Positions 1 to 9,770 of a stretch of 64,000 bases of DNA are shown here, piece after piece; the stretch's first letter is position 1; each line of letters begins with the position of its first letter. Below the pieces are notes generated by a model. That model saw only the letters and a program-made list of their open reading frames with translations. It was not told the DNA's origin and ran no database searches. The translations under genes and the position numbers were made by a program. This stretch comes from an uncultured Gammaproteobacteria bacterium (GTDB taxonomy: Bacteria; Patescibacteriota; Microgenomatia; Levybacterales; GWA1-39-11), in the NCBI GenBank assembly GCA_964409875.1, contig CAYPEN010000002.1:338630-402629 (forward strand), read 5' to 3'.

Positions 1-190
1 AATGCGCTACCTTCAGGATATTTATGAAAAGAAAGAGGGAGAAAGTCCGGATAAAGTATTACTCTCAGACAAGCCACTTTTGGCTTCGGTAGTTATTTGG
101 GGATTTCTTGTTATTTTTATTATTTACTTTATCGGTGGTTAATTACTTTCAAAGATTCCTGGGATGAAATGAAGTAGTTTGCATGAACGC

Positions 191-1129
191 TTACTGCTTT
201 TTTGCGAATTGACTGGACACCCATCCGGTGGTTGTGTCATCCACCTGAATTTCGTACCACCCTTGTTGTTCGGATAACATTTTGTATGTCTCGCCCGGTC
301 TCACTCTTGCAACTTCCCCAAAACTTGTCCCCGCACCGCTTCTTACTCTTAAAAAACCGTTGGGAGTATTAAGTATAAGAATTGTAGCCGCTGTGAGTGG
401 TGGAGTTGGACTCGGAGAAACAGACTGAGTATTTGTGGGAGTGGCTTGTGGAATACTGCCAATATCGCCAGTACCCAGAGAAGCACTTACAACAAGTACA
501 TGACCGTCAACCGTTTTTACCCGTATTGTTTTTTTGGCAAATCCATCCTTTTGAATTTCGACTTCGTGTTCTGAGGCAGAAAGTGAGTCGGACTTATAGG
601 GCGTTACTCCAACGGACACACTATCAATTGTTACCATTGCCCCATCGGGGATTGAAGTAATTTCTATTTGTGGTTTGCGGTTTGATGCTTTTTCTAAAGT
701 GAGGACATACGCGCTCCCCAGGGATCCGGGAAGAAAAGTTTTATCCACTGCTGTAAGAACTCCCCCATTTATTTGAACGCGGGTTGTAAATGCAGCAAGC
801 GTAGTGTCTTGTGGCTCTATTCTTAACTCATAATTTCCAGAAGGTACGGTATCCTGTTGGTCGATTTTTCTAATAGGTATATTTCCGATATACTTACCAT
901 CGAGAAGTACTCTTCCGTTAATGTTGGCTGTTACTTGAAGACCCCCTTTCTCTACGTCCTTAAAGTTGTAAATAACTCTTACCAAAAGGAATAGACCTGA
1001 AACGACCAGAAGAATTGAGAGAAGCAGTAGGAGTTTTCTTTTCATATTCTTATTGAGCTGTGTTGTCGAAAAAGCCTTCGTAAAGTACAACAATAATATC
1101 AAAGATGGGTAGTATTGACAAATTAGCAC
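191..1129 (-). CDS. Secreted/membrane-anchored protein with N-terminal TM helix, PEGA-like beta domains and C-terminal bacterial SH3-like domain
   Basis: 312-aa ORF. Hydrophobic N-terminus (LLLLLSILLVVSGLFLLV). Two PEGA-like stretches (VTANINGRVLLDGKYIGNIP...; VTIDSVSVGVTPYKSD...). C-terminal segment (GFLRVRSGAGTSFGEVARVRPGETY...GWYEI...GWVSSQF) resembles an SH3b domain. Assigned from motif memory only. Confidence 0.5.
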   Translation of the reverse strand: MLICQYYPSLILLLYFTKAFSTTQLNKNMKRKLLLLLSILLVVSGLFLLVRVIYNFKDVEKGGLQVTANINGRVLLDGKYIGNIPIRKIDQQDTVPSGNYELRIEPQDTTLAAFTTRVQINGGVLTAVDKTFLPGSLGSAYVLTLEKASNRKPQIEITSIPDGAMVTIDSVSVGVTPYKSDSLSASEHEVEIQKDGFAKKTIRVKTVDGHVLVVSASLGTGDIGSIPQATPTNTQSVSPSPTPPLTAATILILNTPNGFLRVRSGAGTSFGEVARVRPGETYKMLSEQQGWYEIQVDDTTTGWVSSQFAKKQ

Positions 1130-1149
1130 TCATGGTGTTATACTGATAA
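1115..1149 (+). promoter_or_regulatory. Sigma70-like promoter (TTGACA ... TATACT) overlapping a CIRCE-like HrcA operator upstream of hsp20
   Basis: TTGACA at 1115-1120. TTAGCACTC at 1123-1131, a 9-nt spacer, then the half-site tactgataa at 1141-1149 (6/9 match to GAGTGCTAA). A -10-like TATACT lies at 1139-1144. The same 14-mer TTAGCACTCATGGT follows TTGACA at the hrcA promoter. Confidence 0.5.
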
Positions 1150-1186
1150 AAATAACAAAATTTGGCTTCAAAAGGAGGTGAAAAGT

Positions 1187-1618
1187 ATGGCAATAATCAG
1201 ATGGAATCCTTGGAATATCGATAGAATGCTTGACGATGATTGGGAATTTCCGACAATCCCCGGAATTTCAAAATTTATGAGTCAAGGACTTAACCTTTAC
1301 GAAACCGAAGATACGCTTGTTGCTGAGGCATCGCTCCCCGGCATTACGGAAGATAAAATTGACATCACTTTCGAAGACGGAATTGTGAGGATTACGGGTT
1401 CAATGCAGGAAAAAGAGGAAGAAAAAGGAAAGAGAAGATATTTTATGTCTTCAATGGCAACCTCTTTTAATTACTCATTCAGAGTTCCTGAAGGTGTAGT
1501 AAAAGACGAGGAACCGACGGCAGAGCTTGAGAATGGCATATTAAAACTCGTATTCAAAAAAGCTGAGAAAAAAGAACCAAGAAAAATTACGGTTTCAAAA
1601 AAAGCAAAACAACAATAG
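1187..1618 (+). CDS. Hsp20/alpha-crystallin family small heat shock protein
   Basis: ATG at 1187 lies 7 nt after a GGAGGTG Shine-Dalgarno (the ORF track starts at an upstream GTG). The alpha-crystallin domain pattern is present (TEDTLVAEASLPGITEDKIDITFEDGIVRITG...ENGILKLVFKK). Confidence 0.85.
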   Translation: MAIIRWNPWNIDRMLDDDWEFPTIPGISKFMSQGLNLYETEDTLVAEASLPGITEDKIDITFEDGIVRITGSMQEKEEEKGKRRYFMSSMATSFNYSFRVPEGVVKDEEPTAELENGILKLVFKKAEKKEPRKITVSKKAKQQ

Positions 1619-1644
1619 TTTTTTTTATAAATTTAACTGTTAGT

Positions 1645-1686
1645 AAAAAAACCTCCCGACAGTAAGGCAGCGTTGGGAGGTTTTTT
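1645..1686. terminator. Bidirectional rho-independent terminator between convergent hsp20 and metG
   Basis: An A-run at 1645-1651, stem CCTCCC (1652-1657) pairing GGGAGG (1675-1680), then TTTTTT at 1681-1686. Confidence 0.6.
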
Positions 1687-1691
1687 GTTGG

Positions 1692-3131
1692 TTATGATAT
1701 GCGAGGAAAGAGGGGCTCGGAAGATTTAATCTCAGCCGAAAATTGATTGAGAATTTTTTCAGCGGTTGTTGGAAGAAACGGTTGGAGGTTAAAACCAATA
1801 TGCAGTATCTTTTCAACAAGAATTGTTAATGTATGGGAAAGTTCCTCGCCTTCCTGTTCCCAAGGTTTTTTTTCATTTACAAATTTATCAGCTTCCCTTA
1901 TTTCGGTCCAAATATGTTCGAGTAACAAATTAAATTGGTATTGTTGCAAATATTTTTGTAATACAGGGTCGAATGAAACCGGTTTGTTTTCCGTTTTGAA
2001 ATTTATTTTTTCACACAATTTTGCAACGCGCGCAACTAAATTCCCAAGGCCGTTTGCAAGGTCTGCATTATATACGGTTTTTAGTTTTTCCTCCGAAAAA
2101 TCCCCATCGTCTGTTGGAGGAATTTGACTCAAAAAATAATAGCGCAGGGCATCAGCTCCATATTTTTCAATAAGAAAAATTGGGTCGATAACATTTCCTA
2201 ACGTTTTTGACATCTTTTGTCCATCTACCGTAAAGTATCCATGAACAAAAAGAGATTTTGGTATGGGTAGCTTTGCAGAGAGCAGAAAAGCCGGCCAGTA
2301 AATCGCATGAAAGCGGGTTATACCTTTCCCGATAACATGGACATCGGCAGGCCAATAGGTGTTATAACTTTCACCAAGCCCGCTTCGATAAATATTTAAT
2401 GCATCAAACCACACATACATCCGTTGTGAGGCGTCTCCGGGTACCGGTACCCCCCAATTTTTTGCGCGCTCATTGCTTCTTGAGATACTGATATCCTCAA
2501 GCCCCCGGCTAAGAAATGAGAGCATTTCATTTTTTCTTGATGTTGGAATTATCGTTAATTCGTCGCTTTCGATCAATTTTTTTATTACATCTTGATAGTT
2601 GCTCAGTTTGAAGAAATAATTTGTTTCGCTTACTTCCTGTAATGGTTTTCCGGGATGTTCAAAGCATTCACCATTTTCATTCAATTCATCTTTCTCATAA
2701 AAAAGCTCACATCCTACACAGTAAAAACCCGTATAATCTTTTTTATATATATCTCCGTTTTCCTCGCACCTTTTCCACAATTCTTGGGAGGAAACAAAAT
2801 GGTCTTTATTGCTACCCTTTTGAAAAAAATCAAATTTTACGTTTAATTTATGGGCAAGGTTTTGAAAGAGCTTGCTGTTCTCATCGACAAATGCCTGTAT
2901 ATTTTTACCGGCATCTTCCGAAGCTTGGACATTTTTAAGGGCATTCTCATCACTTCCCGAAAGGAGCGCTACGTCAGCGTTTTGCAAACGGTGGTATCTG
3001 GCAATAACATCAGCCTGCACGAATTCCAACGCATGTCCTACATGCGGTTTTGCATTTACATAAGGGATAGCGGTTGTTAAGTAAAACTTGCGTCTAGCAG
3101 TTTCTTCAGAATTATAGAATTTATTTGTCAT
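1692..3131 (-). CDS. metG: Methionyl-tRNA synthetase (short form)
   Basis: Class I HIGH motif (PHVGHA) and KMSKS motif (KMSKTLGNVIDP). 479 aa, so the C-terminal tRNA-binding extension is absent. Confidence 0.9.
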   Translation of the reverse strand: MTNKFYNSEETARRKFYLTTAIPYVNAKPHVGHALEFVQADVIARYHRLQNADVALLSGSDENALKNVQASEDAGKNIQAFVDENSKLFQNLAHKLNVKFDFFQKGSNKDHFVSSQELWKRCEENGDIYKKDYTGFYCVGCELFYEKDELNENGECFEHPGKPLQEVSETNYFFKLSNYQDVIKKLIESDELTIIPTSRKNEMLSFLSRGLEDISISRSNERAKNWGVPVPGDASQRMYVWFDALNIYRSGLGESYNTYWPADVHVIGKGITRFHAIYWPAFLLSAKLPIPKSLFVHGYFTVDGQKMSKTLGNVIDPIFLIEKYGADALRYYFLSQIPPTDDGDFSEEKLKTVYNADLANGLGNLVARVAKLCEKINFKTENKPVSFDPVLQKYLQQYQFNLLLEHIWTEIREADKFVNEKKPWEQEGEELSHTLTILVEKILHIGFNLQPFLPTTAEKILNQFSAEIKSSEPLFPRIS

Positions 3132-3168
3132 AAACCTTATTCTATCAATTTTTGAGGCTATTCACAAA

Positions 3169-3504
3169 TTATTTATTTTTTACGAAAAGGAATTCGATAA
3201 GAAGAAGAATGATAAGTAAAAGTATTGAGTATAAGACATTATTGACATGCAGATATTGAAGCAAAAGAAAGACGACGACGAAAATCCCGGCTAAAATGCC
3301 ACGCCGGACGTTTGCGAATGAAAAAGTCATAATGCCTCCGATGGTCAAGAAGAGAAGAAAGAAAAAGGGCACAACCGATGGAATTGCAAAGATTTTGAGG
3401 TTAAAAAAAATGGTAGGTTCAAATATGTTAACGAAAAGAAATAATCCTACAAGCGAGAGAAAAGCTATAATAAGATGAGGGATAAATTTTTTACGTTTCT
3501 TCAC
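3169..3504 (-). CDS. Small hypothetical membrane protein (3-4 TM helices)
   Basis: 111-aa ORF, strongly hydrophobic, with no recognisable motif. An internal antisense ORF (3296-3478) was rejected. Confidence 0.35.
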   Translation of the reverse strand: MKKRKKFIPHLIIAFLSLVGLFLFVNIFEPTIFFNLKIFAIPSVVPFFFLLFLTIGGIMTFSFANVRRGILAGIFVVVFLLLQYLHVNNVLYSILLLIILLLIEFLFVKNK

Positions 3505-3549
3505 AAAACAAGGGTATCAAAAAAGAGTGTGGGTGTACAATAAAACCGC

Positions 3550-3585
3550 TTGACATGTTTTAGCACTCATGGTATATTATTGCTA
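3550..3585 (+). promoter_or_regulatory. hrcA promoter with CIRCE operator (TTAGCACTC-N9-tatTGCTAA)
   Basis: TTGACA at 3550-3555. TTAGCACTC at 3559-3567, a 9-nt spacer, then tattgctaa at 3577-3585, giving the TTAGCA-N15-TGCTAA inverted repeat. TATATT at 3573-3578 serves as the -10. Confidence 0.6.
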
Positions 3586-3633
3586 ATCTCGTATATTCCA
3601 GAAATGGGTATATGAGATTGGATTCATCATTAT

Positions 3634-4356
3634 ATGTACGACTTAACACAAAGACAAATTGAGATTCTGAAGCAAATCGTTAAAGAATATATTGATTCTG
3701 CAAATCCTGTCGGTTCTGAAACCCTTGAAAAAAAATATGATGTAGGTGTTTCTCCCGCAACAATCAGAAATGAAATGGCTGCTATGGTAAAGAAAGGGTA
3801 TCTTGCAAAGCCCCATACATCAGCGGGAAGAGTACCAACACCTAAGGCTCTTAAGTTGTATGTAAACGAACTCATGAAAGAGAAAGAACTCTCTGTTGCC
3901 GAAGAAGTTGAAGCAAAAGAAAAGATCTGGGATATGCGGGGAAAGGAAACAGACTTTATGCGAACAGCAACCCAACGGCTTGCTGAGAAAACAGGAACAT
4001 TGGCGGTTGCAAAAAATGATGATGGTGCCTTTTTCTGCTCCGGTTATTCCCACATTCTTGAGATGCCGGAATTTTATGATATTGATGTTACGAAAAATTT
4101 ACTCAGCCTTCTTGATAACCAATCATACTTTGATTCGGTTTTTGGAAGAATTGCTGAAAAGTTTGCAGTTATTTTGGGGGATGATATGGAACTGGAGTTA
4201 TTCAAACCATACAGCTTTGTGTTTTCTAAATTTCATACCCGGGGAAACCATGACGGAATGATAGGTGTAGTCGGTCCAACCCGGCTTCGATATGAAAATA
4301 TTGTTCCGCTCGTGCGGTATTATGGGTCTTTGATAGAAGAAGTAGCTAATTGGTAA
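3634..4356 (+). CDS. hrcA: Heat-inducible transcription repressor HrcA (short, 240 aa)
   Basis: N-terminal winged-helix signature (VGSETLEKKYDVGVSPATIRNEMAAMVKKGYL) is typical of HrcA. It is followed by grpE-dnaK in classic operon order. Confidence 0.85.
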   Translation: MYDLTQRQIEILKQIVKEYIDSANPVGSETLEKKYDVGVSPATIRNEMAAMVKKGYLAKPHTSAGRVPTPKALKLYVNELMKEKELSVAEEVEAKEKIWDMRGKETDFMRTATQRLAEKTGTLAVAKNDDGAFFCSGYSHILEMPEFYDIDVTKNLLSLLDNQSYFDSVFGRIAEKFAVILGDDMELELFKPYSFVFSKFHTRGNHDGMIGVVGPTRLRYENIVPLVRYYGSLIEEVANW

Positions 4357-4395
4357 TCTACTGAAAAGTGGACATTAGACCATTATAATAGTGAA

Positions 4396-4905
4396 ATGGA
4401 TGATAAGAAAATTCATAAAAAGGAAGAAGACAAGGTAGAAAAAGTTACAGAAGAACCTGAAAAGACGGAGAAGAAAGAACATAAAATCGAGCAACTTGAA
4501 AATAGAATAAAAGATTTGGACGAGCAACTAAAGCGTGCCGTTGCCGACTACAGAAATTTGGAAAGAAGAAGCGCTGAGGAACGATTTGATGCGGTGAAGT
4601 TTGGGAACAAGCAGTTGGTAGAAGCGTTATTGCCGGCTTTTGATACTCTTTTTTTGGCGGGGAAATTTACACAAGATGAGAGTGTCAAGCTTACAATACA
4701 GCGCATTCTGGAAGTTTTGAAAGACAATGGTATTGAAAAAGTTGTAACGGATAATGCAAAATATAATGCAGACACAATGGAAGCAATAGAGGTAGTACAG
4801 GGGGTTGAAGGAATGGTTGTTGAAGAGGTAAGACCGGGATTTACGATAAATGGGAAACTTATACGGCCGGCTCAGGTGAAAGTGGGGGGAGCTGCCAAGA
4901 ATTAA
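4396..4905 (+). CDS. grpE: Nucleotide exchange factor GrpE
   Basis: Charged coiled-coil N-terminus, the LKRAVADYRNLERR signature and a C-terminal beta domain. Gene order is hrcA-grpE-dnaK. Confidence 0.85.
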   Translation: MDDKKIHKKEEDKVEKVTEEPEKTEKKEHKIEQLENRIKDLDEQLKRAVADYRNLERRSAEERFDAVKFGNKQLVEALLPAFDTLFLAGKFTQDESVKLTIQRILEVLKDNGIEKVVTDNAKYNADTMEAIEVVQGVEGMVVEEVRPGFTINGKLIRPAQVKVGGAAKN

Positions 4906-5021
4906 GAAGTATGAAGTATGAATTATGGGGAAAATAAAATCCCTTAATTCATGATTCATTATTCATAATTCAAGTTTAGTTAAGTATATATGGGAAACGT
5001 TATAATAGAAAGGAAATAAGT

Positions 5022-6926
5022 ATGTCAAAAATTATTGGAATCGATTTAGGAACAACAAATTCATGTATGGCCGTTATGGAGGGAGGCTCTCCAAAAGTCA
5101 TATTCTCTTCTGAAGGAAGAAATACAACCCCTTCGGTTGTAGACCCTATTGAACGGGTAGTGGGGGATGTCGCAAAAAGGCAAATGGTTCTCAAGCCTAA
5201 AAAGATAATATTCTCCGTCAAAAGACTGATGGGGCGAAAGCTCAAAGACGAGTCGGTACAGCGTGATTTAAAGCTCCTCCCTTATGACGTTGAAGCTGGG
5301 AGAGACGGTATGGCTGTTGTTGAGGTTGATGGAAAAACATTTACCCCGCAAGAAATTTCAGCGCAAATATTACAAAAACTTAAAAAAGATGCAGAAGCGT
5401 ATTTAGGTGAAAAAGTGACCCAGGCTGTTATTACGGTTCCGGCATATTTTGATGACGCACAGCGTCAGGCTACCAAACAAGCAGGTGAAATTGCCGGTCT
5501 TGAAGTTTTGAGAATTGTGAACGAGCCAACCGCTGCAGCTCTTGCGTACGGACTTGATAAAAAACACGCCCACACTGTTGCGGTATATGACCTCGGAGGC
5601 GGAACATTTGATATTTCGATACTTGAATTGGGAGAAGGTGTGTATGAAGTAAAGGCAACCAATGGTGATACCCACCTTGGAGGAGATGATTTCGATCAGG
5701 TGATAATTGATTACCTTGCAGACGAATTCAAAAAAGAGAACAATATTGACTTAAGACAAGACCCCCAGGCCTTGCAACGGCTCAAGGAATCTGCCGAAAA
5801 GGCAAAAATAGAGCTTTCTTCATCAATGGAGGCTGAAATCAACCAGCCTTTCATTACTCAAGGCCCCTCAGGACCGTTGCATCTTACGGCAAAAATTACG
5901 CGTTCAAAACTTGAGAGTCTTGTTGCGTCTCTTATAGAGCGTTCATTTGGACCGGTCAAGCAAGCATTGAAGGATGCGAAAGTTGATACTTCAGGAATAG
6001 ATGAGGTGATATTGGTTGGTGGTATGACAAGGATGCCCAAGATAATTTCCGAAGTGACAAAGTTTTTTGGAAAAGAGCCCAACAAATCAGTCAATCCTGA
6101 CGAGGTTGTTGCGGTAGGCGCAGCAGTACAAGCTGGAGTTCTGGGCGGAGAAGTAAAAGACGTTTTGCTGTTGGATGTTACACCCCTAACGCTTGGCATT
6201 GAGACGATGGGTGGCGTTGCAACGCCTCTTATTGAGAAGAATACGACAATTCCGACAAAGAAATCTCAAGTGTTCTCAACGGCTGCTGATAATCAAACCC
6301 AGGTTGAAATAAATGTGGTCCAAGGAGAGCGTCCAATGGCTATGGACAACAAATCTTTAGGACGCTTCATTTTGGATGGAATTCCGCCGGCTCCTCGCGG
6401 AGTACCTCAAGTGGAAGTAACTTTTGATATCGACGCTTCGGGAATTCTCTCTGTCACCGCAAAAGACAAAGCAACTGGCAAGGAGCAGAGCATTAAAATT
6501 ACTGGTTCAACCGGCCTTACCGACGATGAGATAAAGAAAATGACTCAAGATGCCGAAGCACATGCGGAAGAGGATGCGAAGAAAAAGGAGCTTATTGAGG
6601 TTAAGAATTCTGCGGACAATCTTATTTTTACTGCAGAAAAGTCTATGAAAGACATGGAGGGAAAGATAGAAGAGTCAGATAAAAAAGAGGTTGAAGAAGC
6701 TATTGAGGCGCTTAAGAAAGTGAAGGATGGGGAAGATAGAGACGAGATTGAGGCAAAAACTAAGGAGCTCTCTGAGAAGATTTCGAAGGTTGGAGAAAAA
6801 ATGTACGCAAACCAGAAGCCAGAAGACAAAAATCAGGAGTCAGAAGAGAAAAGTTCGGAAGAAACCGAAAAGGACAAGAGCAACGAAGACAAAAAAGACG
6901 CCGAAGAAGGCCAGGTTGTAGACTAG
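5022..6926 (+). CDS. dnaK: Molecular chaperone DnaK (Hsp70)
   Basis: [35 protein letters not shown] and EKAKIELS motifs. 634 aa. Confidence 0.95.
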   Translation: MSKIIGIDLGTTNSCMAVMEGGSPKVIFSSEGRNTTPSVVDPIERVVGDVAKRQMVLKPKKIIFSVKRLMGRKLKDESVQRDLKLLPYDVEAGRDGMAVVEVDGKTFTPQEISAQILQKLKKDAEAYLGEKVTQAVITVPAYFDDAQRQATKQAGEIAGLEVLRIVNEPTAAALAYGLDKKHAHTVAVYDLGGGTFDISILELGEGVYEVKATNGDTHLGGDDFDQVIIDYLADEFKKENNIDLRQDPQALQRLKESAEKAKIELSSSMEAEINQPFITQGPSGPLHLTAKITRSKLESLVASLIERSFGPVKQALKDAKVDTSGIDEVILVGGMTRMPKIISEVTKFFGKEPNKSVNPDEVVAVGAAVQAGVLGGEVKDVLLLDVTPLTLGIETMGGVATPLIEKNTTIPTKKSQVFSTAADNQTQVEINVVQGERPMAMDNKSLGRFILDGIPPAPRGVPQVEVTFDIDASGILSVTAKDKATGKEQSIKITGSTGLTDDEIKKMTQDAEAHAEEDAKKKELIEVKNSADNLIFTAEKSMKDMEGKIEESDKKEVEEAIEALKKVKDGEDRDEIEAKTKELSEKISKVGEKMYANQKPEDKNQESEEKSSEETEKDKSNEDKKDAEEGQVVD

Positions 6927-7128
6927 GCTTTACAAGAAGCAGAAACCCCCCCCTTAAAGCAGCTATTTGCATTATTTATATTGCTTTAATCTTCATAAAT
7001 TCATGTTTCCCCGCCTTAAAAGATCGTACGAGGTTGTTGAATTGCCCTGTTTTGAAGCAGTTTCTATTTATTTGCAATGGTTTGTTTTTATTGCCTTGCA
7101 AAGCCCAAAAATGTTACTATAAACTAGT

Positions 7129-7443
7129 ATGTTTGGAATTGTTGCCACGATGTGTGACCCTGAAAAAGAGATTCTGACTGATTTTGGTTGTCTTCCTAAT
7201 ACGCCGGCAGGATTTGTTGAGAAATTTTATTCCTGGGGCCTCGGGTTAATAGGTCTGATAGGGCTTCTTTTCCTTATAATCGGCGGTTATCACCTCCTTA
7301 TATCACGGGGAGATCCTCAACGGCTTCAAACAGGCAAATCGTACATAACATATGCAATAATTGGGATTCTTTTGGCGATTTTCGGCTTTGTATTCATTCA
7401 GGTCGTGACGCACGATATTTTAAAGATTCCCGGATTTAATTAG
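7129..7443 (+). CDS. Small two-helix membrane protein resembling the CPR/Firmicute T4SS-pilin (TrbC/VirB2-like) family
   Basis: 104 aa with two hydrophobic helices separated by the loop GG-Y-HLLISRGDPQRLQTGKSYITYAIIGILLAI. This matches the remembered PF18895-type pattern (GG..Y..S.GD..K....K..I.YA.IGL.I). Its stop overlaps the start of the next gene (ATGA coupling). Confidence 0.4.
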   Translation: MFGIVATMCDPEKEILTDFGCLPNTPAGFVEKFYSWGLGLIGLIGLLFLIIGGYHLLISRGDPQRLQTGKSYITYAIIGILLAIFGFVFIQVVTHDILKIPGFN

Positions 7444-7444
7444 T

Positions 7445-9676
7445 ATGATAAAAAAACTGCCCACATTTCTTAAGTTATTTCTATTTTCATTGCTTTTCAT
7501 TAATTTTTTTACGTTTGTTCCTCATTCCTTTGCGCAAGTTCAGAATGGTCAAATAAGCCCAACACCTGATCCGACCACAGGTTGGGTGAAAGACCAGGAA
7601 GTGACTTTTGTAGGAAAGACAGCCACCCGCTCCGACGAATTTTTAGACTGGACGTTATCCGTTGAGAACTACCGCTGGATTACTCTTCCAACTGGGGGGT
7701 CAAACAATCCAATTGAAGAATTTTGGGCATTAGTCAGAAATATCGTTTTTGTACTCTTAGCACTTTTTGTTCTGGGCGCGGCTTTTGTAATGATAGCAAC
7801 CCGAGGTCAAAATCTTACGGTAATGCGGTTTATTCCCCGGTTTATAACCATTGTTATTCTGGTTGTTCTTTCTTTTGCGCTTATCCGCTTTTTGTATCAG
7901 GCAACCGATGTTATCCAAGGATTCTTTTTGAATGTAAAGGACCCTATAGATGGAACAAATAGGAATATCAATTCAAGCGATCTTCTCTATATCGCATTCA
8001 AGTACGATTTTATAGGATTTAGGCGTGTTGGAATTGACTTCGATGAATCTGCATTCATTTCTCTCTTATTGGTCAAGCTTACGGCCATTACATATTATGT
8101 CATGACGGGGCTTCTTCTCATAAGAAAAATCATCATGTGGTTTTTTATCATCGTCTCTCCGATTTTTCCACTTCTTTTGTTCTTCCGTCCTGTAAGAAAT
8201 ACTGCAAAAATTTGGGTAGGTGAGTTCTTTAGATGGCTCTTATATGCTCCGTTATTTGCATTGTTTTTGCATGGGTTGGTGAATGTATGGAGGCGGGGAA
8301 TTCCTATGGCCTTTGATTTTTCAAAAGTCGGAACTCAAACATACCCAACAGCTATTAATATTTTGCTCGGTGGCCCTGGTCAGCAGATAGATCTTAATAA
8401 TTCCGTCAACCTGCGTGATACGTTCGCATTGTATGTGGTTGCTCTTCTTATGCTGTGGGTTGTTATATTACTTCCGTTTTTGCTGTTGCAGATATTTTTG
8501 GACTATCTCAATAATGTTTCTATTGCTGAAAGTCCTGTAGTTAAGAGAATTACTCAAAACTCTTGGTTCAATAAGGCATACGGGGGCACACCACCTCCTA
8601 CATCTCCGGGGCAACCTCCCCAACAACCCTCACCTTTTGGCCTTGCTAAGGCAATTCCATTCTTCAATAAGCGTGCTATGGAAATACCTGCAGCAAGAAC
8701 AGCAAGTACATTAGAGCGGGCATCCCTTTCAAATCTTCAGACCATCCGAGAGACTCGGGACGTCCTCCGTCTTGCCAACCTCTCCATTCCGAAAATGAGA
8801 GATATTGCGCGATATGAAACTTCAATGATGAAACACGATGCCGTTTCAAGGACCGAGGTAAGTAGATTCCACGACACACTTGAAAAAATTTCAAAGCCTA
8901 CAGTTGTTGCAACGACTACAGACCGTGAGAAATTCACTACCATCAAAGAGAAATTAGTATCACAACAAAAGAAGGGTGATAAGCTAGCTGATAATGTACT
9001 TTCAGCCTCTAAAGTTTCAGAAGAAATAAACGACAAGACAAAAGCAGTTATCCCTGGCCAGAAGAAGGAGGGTGTGACAAGCATTAAAAGCATCAAACTT
9101 CCTCAGCAGAACCAGGTGCAACAAGTCAGTATCGAAGAGTATGAAGATGTGCGGAAGATGTGGGTTGAGAATTATCAAAATATGGAGACACCAGTCGGAC
9201 CGAGTGGCACGCCCATGGACAAGCACGCTTTTCTTCAGCAGGACATGAACAATATTACGGAAACGATTAATTTGTTAAGCTCTGACAGTCAAGAAAATGT
9301 CGACAAGGGTATGGAGCGGGTTGCCAACATCCTGCCATTCCTGCTTTTAGGAGGATTCTCAAAGGCAGAAGTCATTTCGTATTTGAAAGCAAAACTTGAA
9401 GCTGCAAAGCAAGTTCTGACGGGCGTTGAGACAAAGAAGGACGAGGAAGATACCATGGTTGAACGCGGTGAGGAAACCAAAGCGGGACATGCGGAAATGG
9501 CGATGCATGAAGAGCTACCGGAGGAAGAAAAACCAAAAATACTGGGGGAAGAGCCGGAGAGTAGCAAGTCTGAATTCACGCCTCTTGGAGAAGAAAATAA
9601 TAATCAAGGTGAAAATGGTGACAATGGGAATAATGGAAGTGTTCCACCTAGTGGCGCTCCAGGAGGGATGAATTAG
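7445..9676 (+). CDS. Large polytopic membrane protein with signal peptide and charged/low-complexity C-terminal region (VirB6/TrbL-like candidate)
   Basis: 743 aa. N-terminal signal peptide, at least 8 predicted TM helices in the first ~400 aa, then a hydrophilic, acidic, Asn/Gly-rich tail. Translationally coupled to the upstream pilin-like gene. Assignment to VirB6 is by architecture only. Confidence 0.3.
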   Translation: MIKKLPTFLKLFLFSLLFINFFTFVPHSFAQVQNGQISPTPDPTTGWVKDQEVTFVGKTATRSDEFLDWTLSVENYRWITLPTGGSNNPIEEFWALVRNIVFVLLALFVLGAAFVMIATRGQNLTVMRFIPRFITIVILVVLSFALIRFLYQATDVIQGFFLNVKDPIDGTNRNINSSDLLYIAFKYDFIGFRRVGIDFDESAFISLLLVKLTAITYYVMTGLLLIRKIIMWFFIIVSPIFPLLLFFRPVRNTAKIWVGEFFRWLLYAPLFALFLHGLVNVWRRGIPMAFDFSKVGTQTYPTAINILLGGPGQQIDLNNSVNLRDTFALYVVALLMLWVVILLPFLLLQIFLDYLNNVSIAESPVVKRITQNSWFNKAYGGTPPPTSPGQPPQQPSPFGLAKAIPFFNKRAMEIPAARTASTLERASLSNLQTIRETRDVLRLANLSIPKMRDIARYETSMMKHDAVSRTEVSRFHDTLEKISKPTVVATTTDREKFTTIKEKLVSQQKKGDKLADNVLSASKVSEEINDKTKAVIPGQKKEGVTSIKSIKLPQQNQVQQVSIEEYEDVRKMWVENYQNMETPVGPSGTPMDKHAFLQQDMNNITETINLLSSDSQENVDKGMERVANILPFLLLGGFSKAEVISYLKAKLEAAKQVLTGVETKKDEEDTMVERGEETKAGHAEMAMHEELPEEEKPKILGEEPESSKSEFTPLGEENNNQGENGDNGNNGSVPPSGAPGGMN

Positions 9677-9770
9677 AGAATTAATAATGCTTTCTGCTTG
9701 AAGCGGGAAGTATGAATGTTTCATAATAAAAATATGTTTGGAAATTTATACGAAGTAAAGTTTAAATAAT

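Noticed and set aside
1747-3080. Plus-strand ORFs (1747-2127, 2621-2938, 2655-2846, 2850-3080, 2872-3063) inside the metG gene
   Set aside because: They are antisense to a well-supported 479-aa MetRS with HIGH/KMSKS motifs, have no homology-like features, and are AT-rich frame artefacts.
3820-4261. ORFs 3820-4053 (-) and 3896-4261 (+, other frame) within hrcA
   Set aside because: They overlap a confidently identified HrcA reading frame and have no independent support.
4926-4957. Hairpin GAATTATGGGG...CCCTTAATTC between grpE and dnaK as a possible terminator or CIRCE
   Set aside because: The stem is imperfect, there is no U-run, and it bears no resemblance to CIRCE. It is probably just intergenic secondary structure within the operon.
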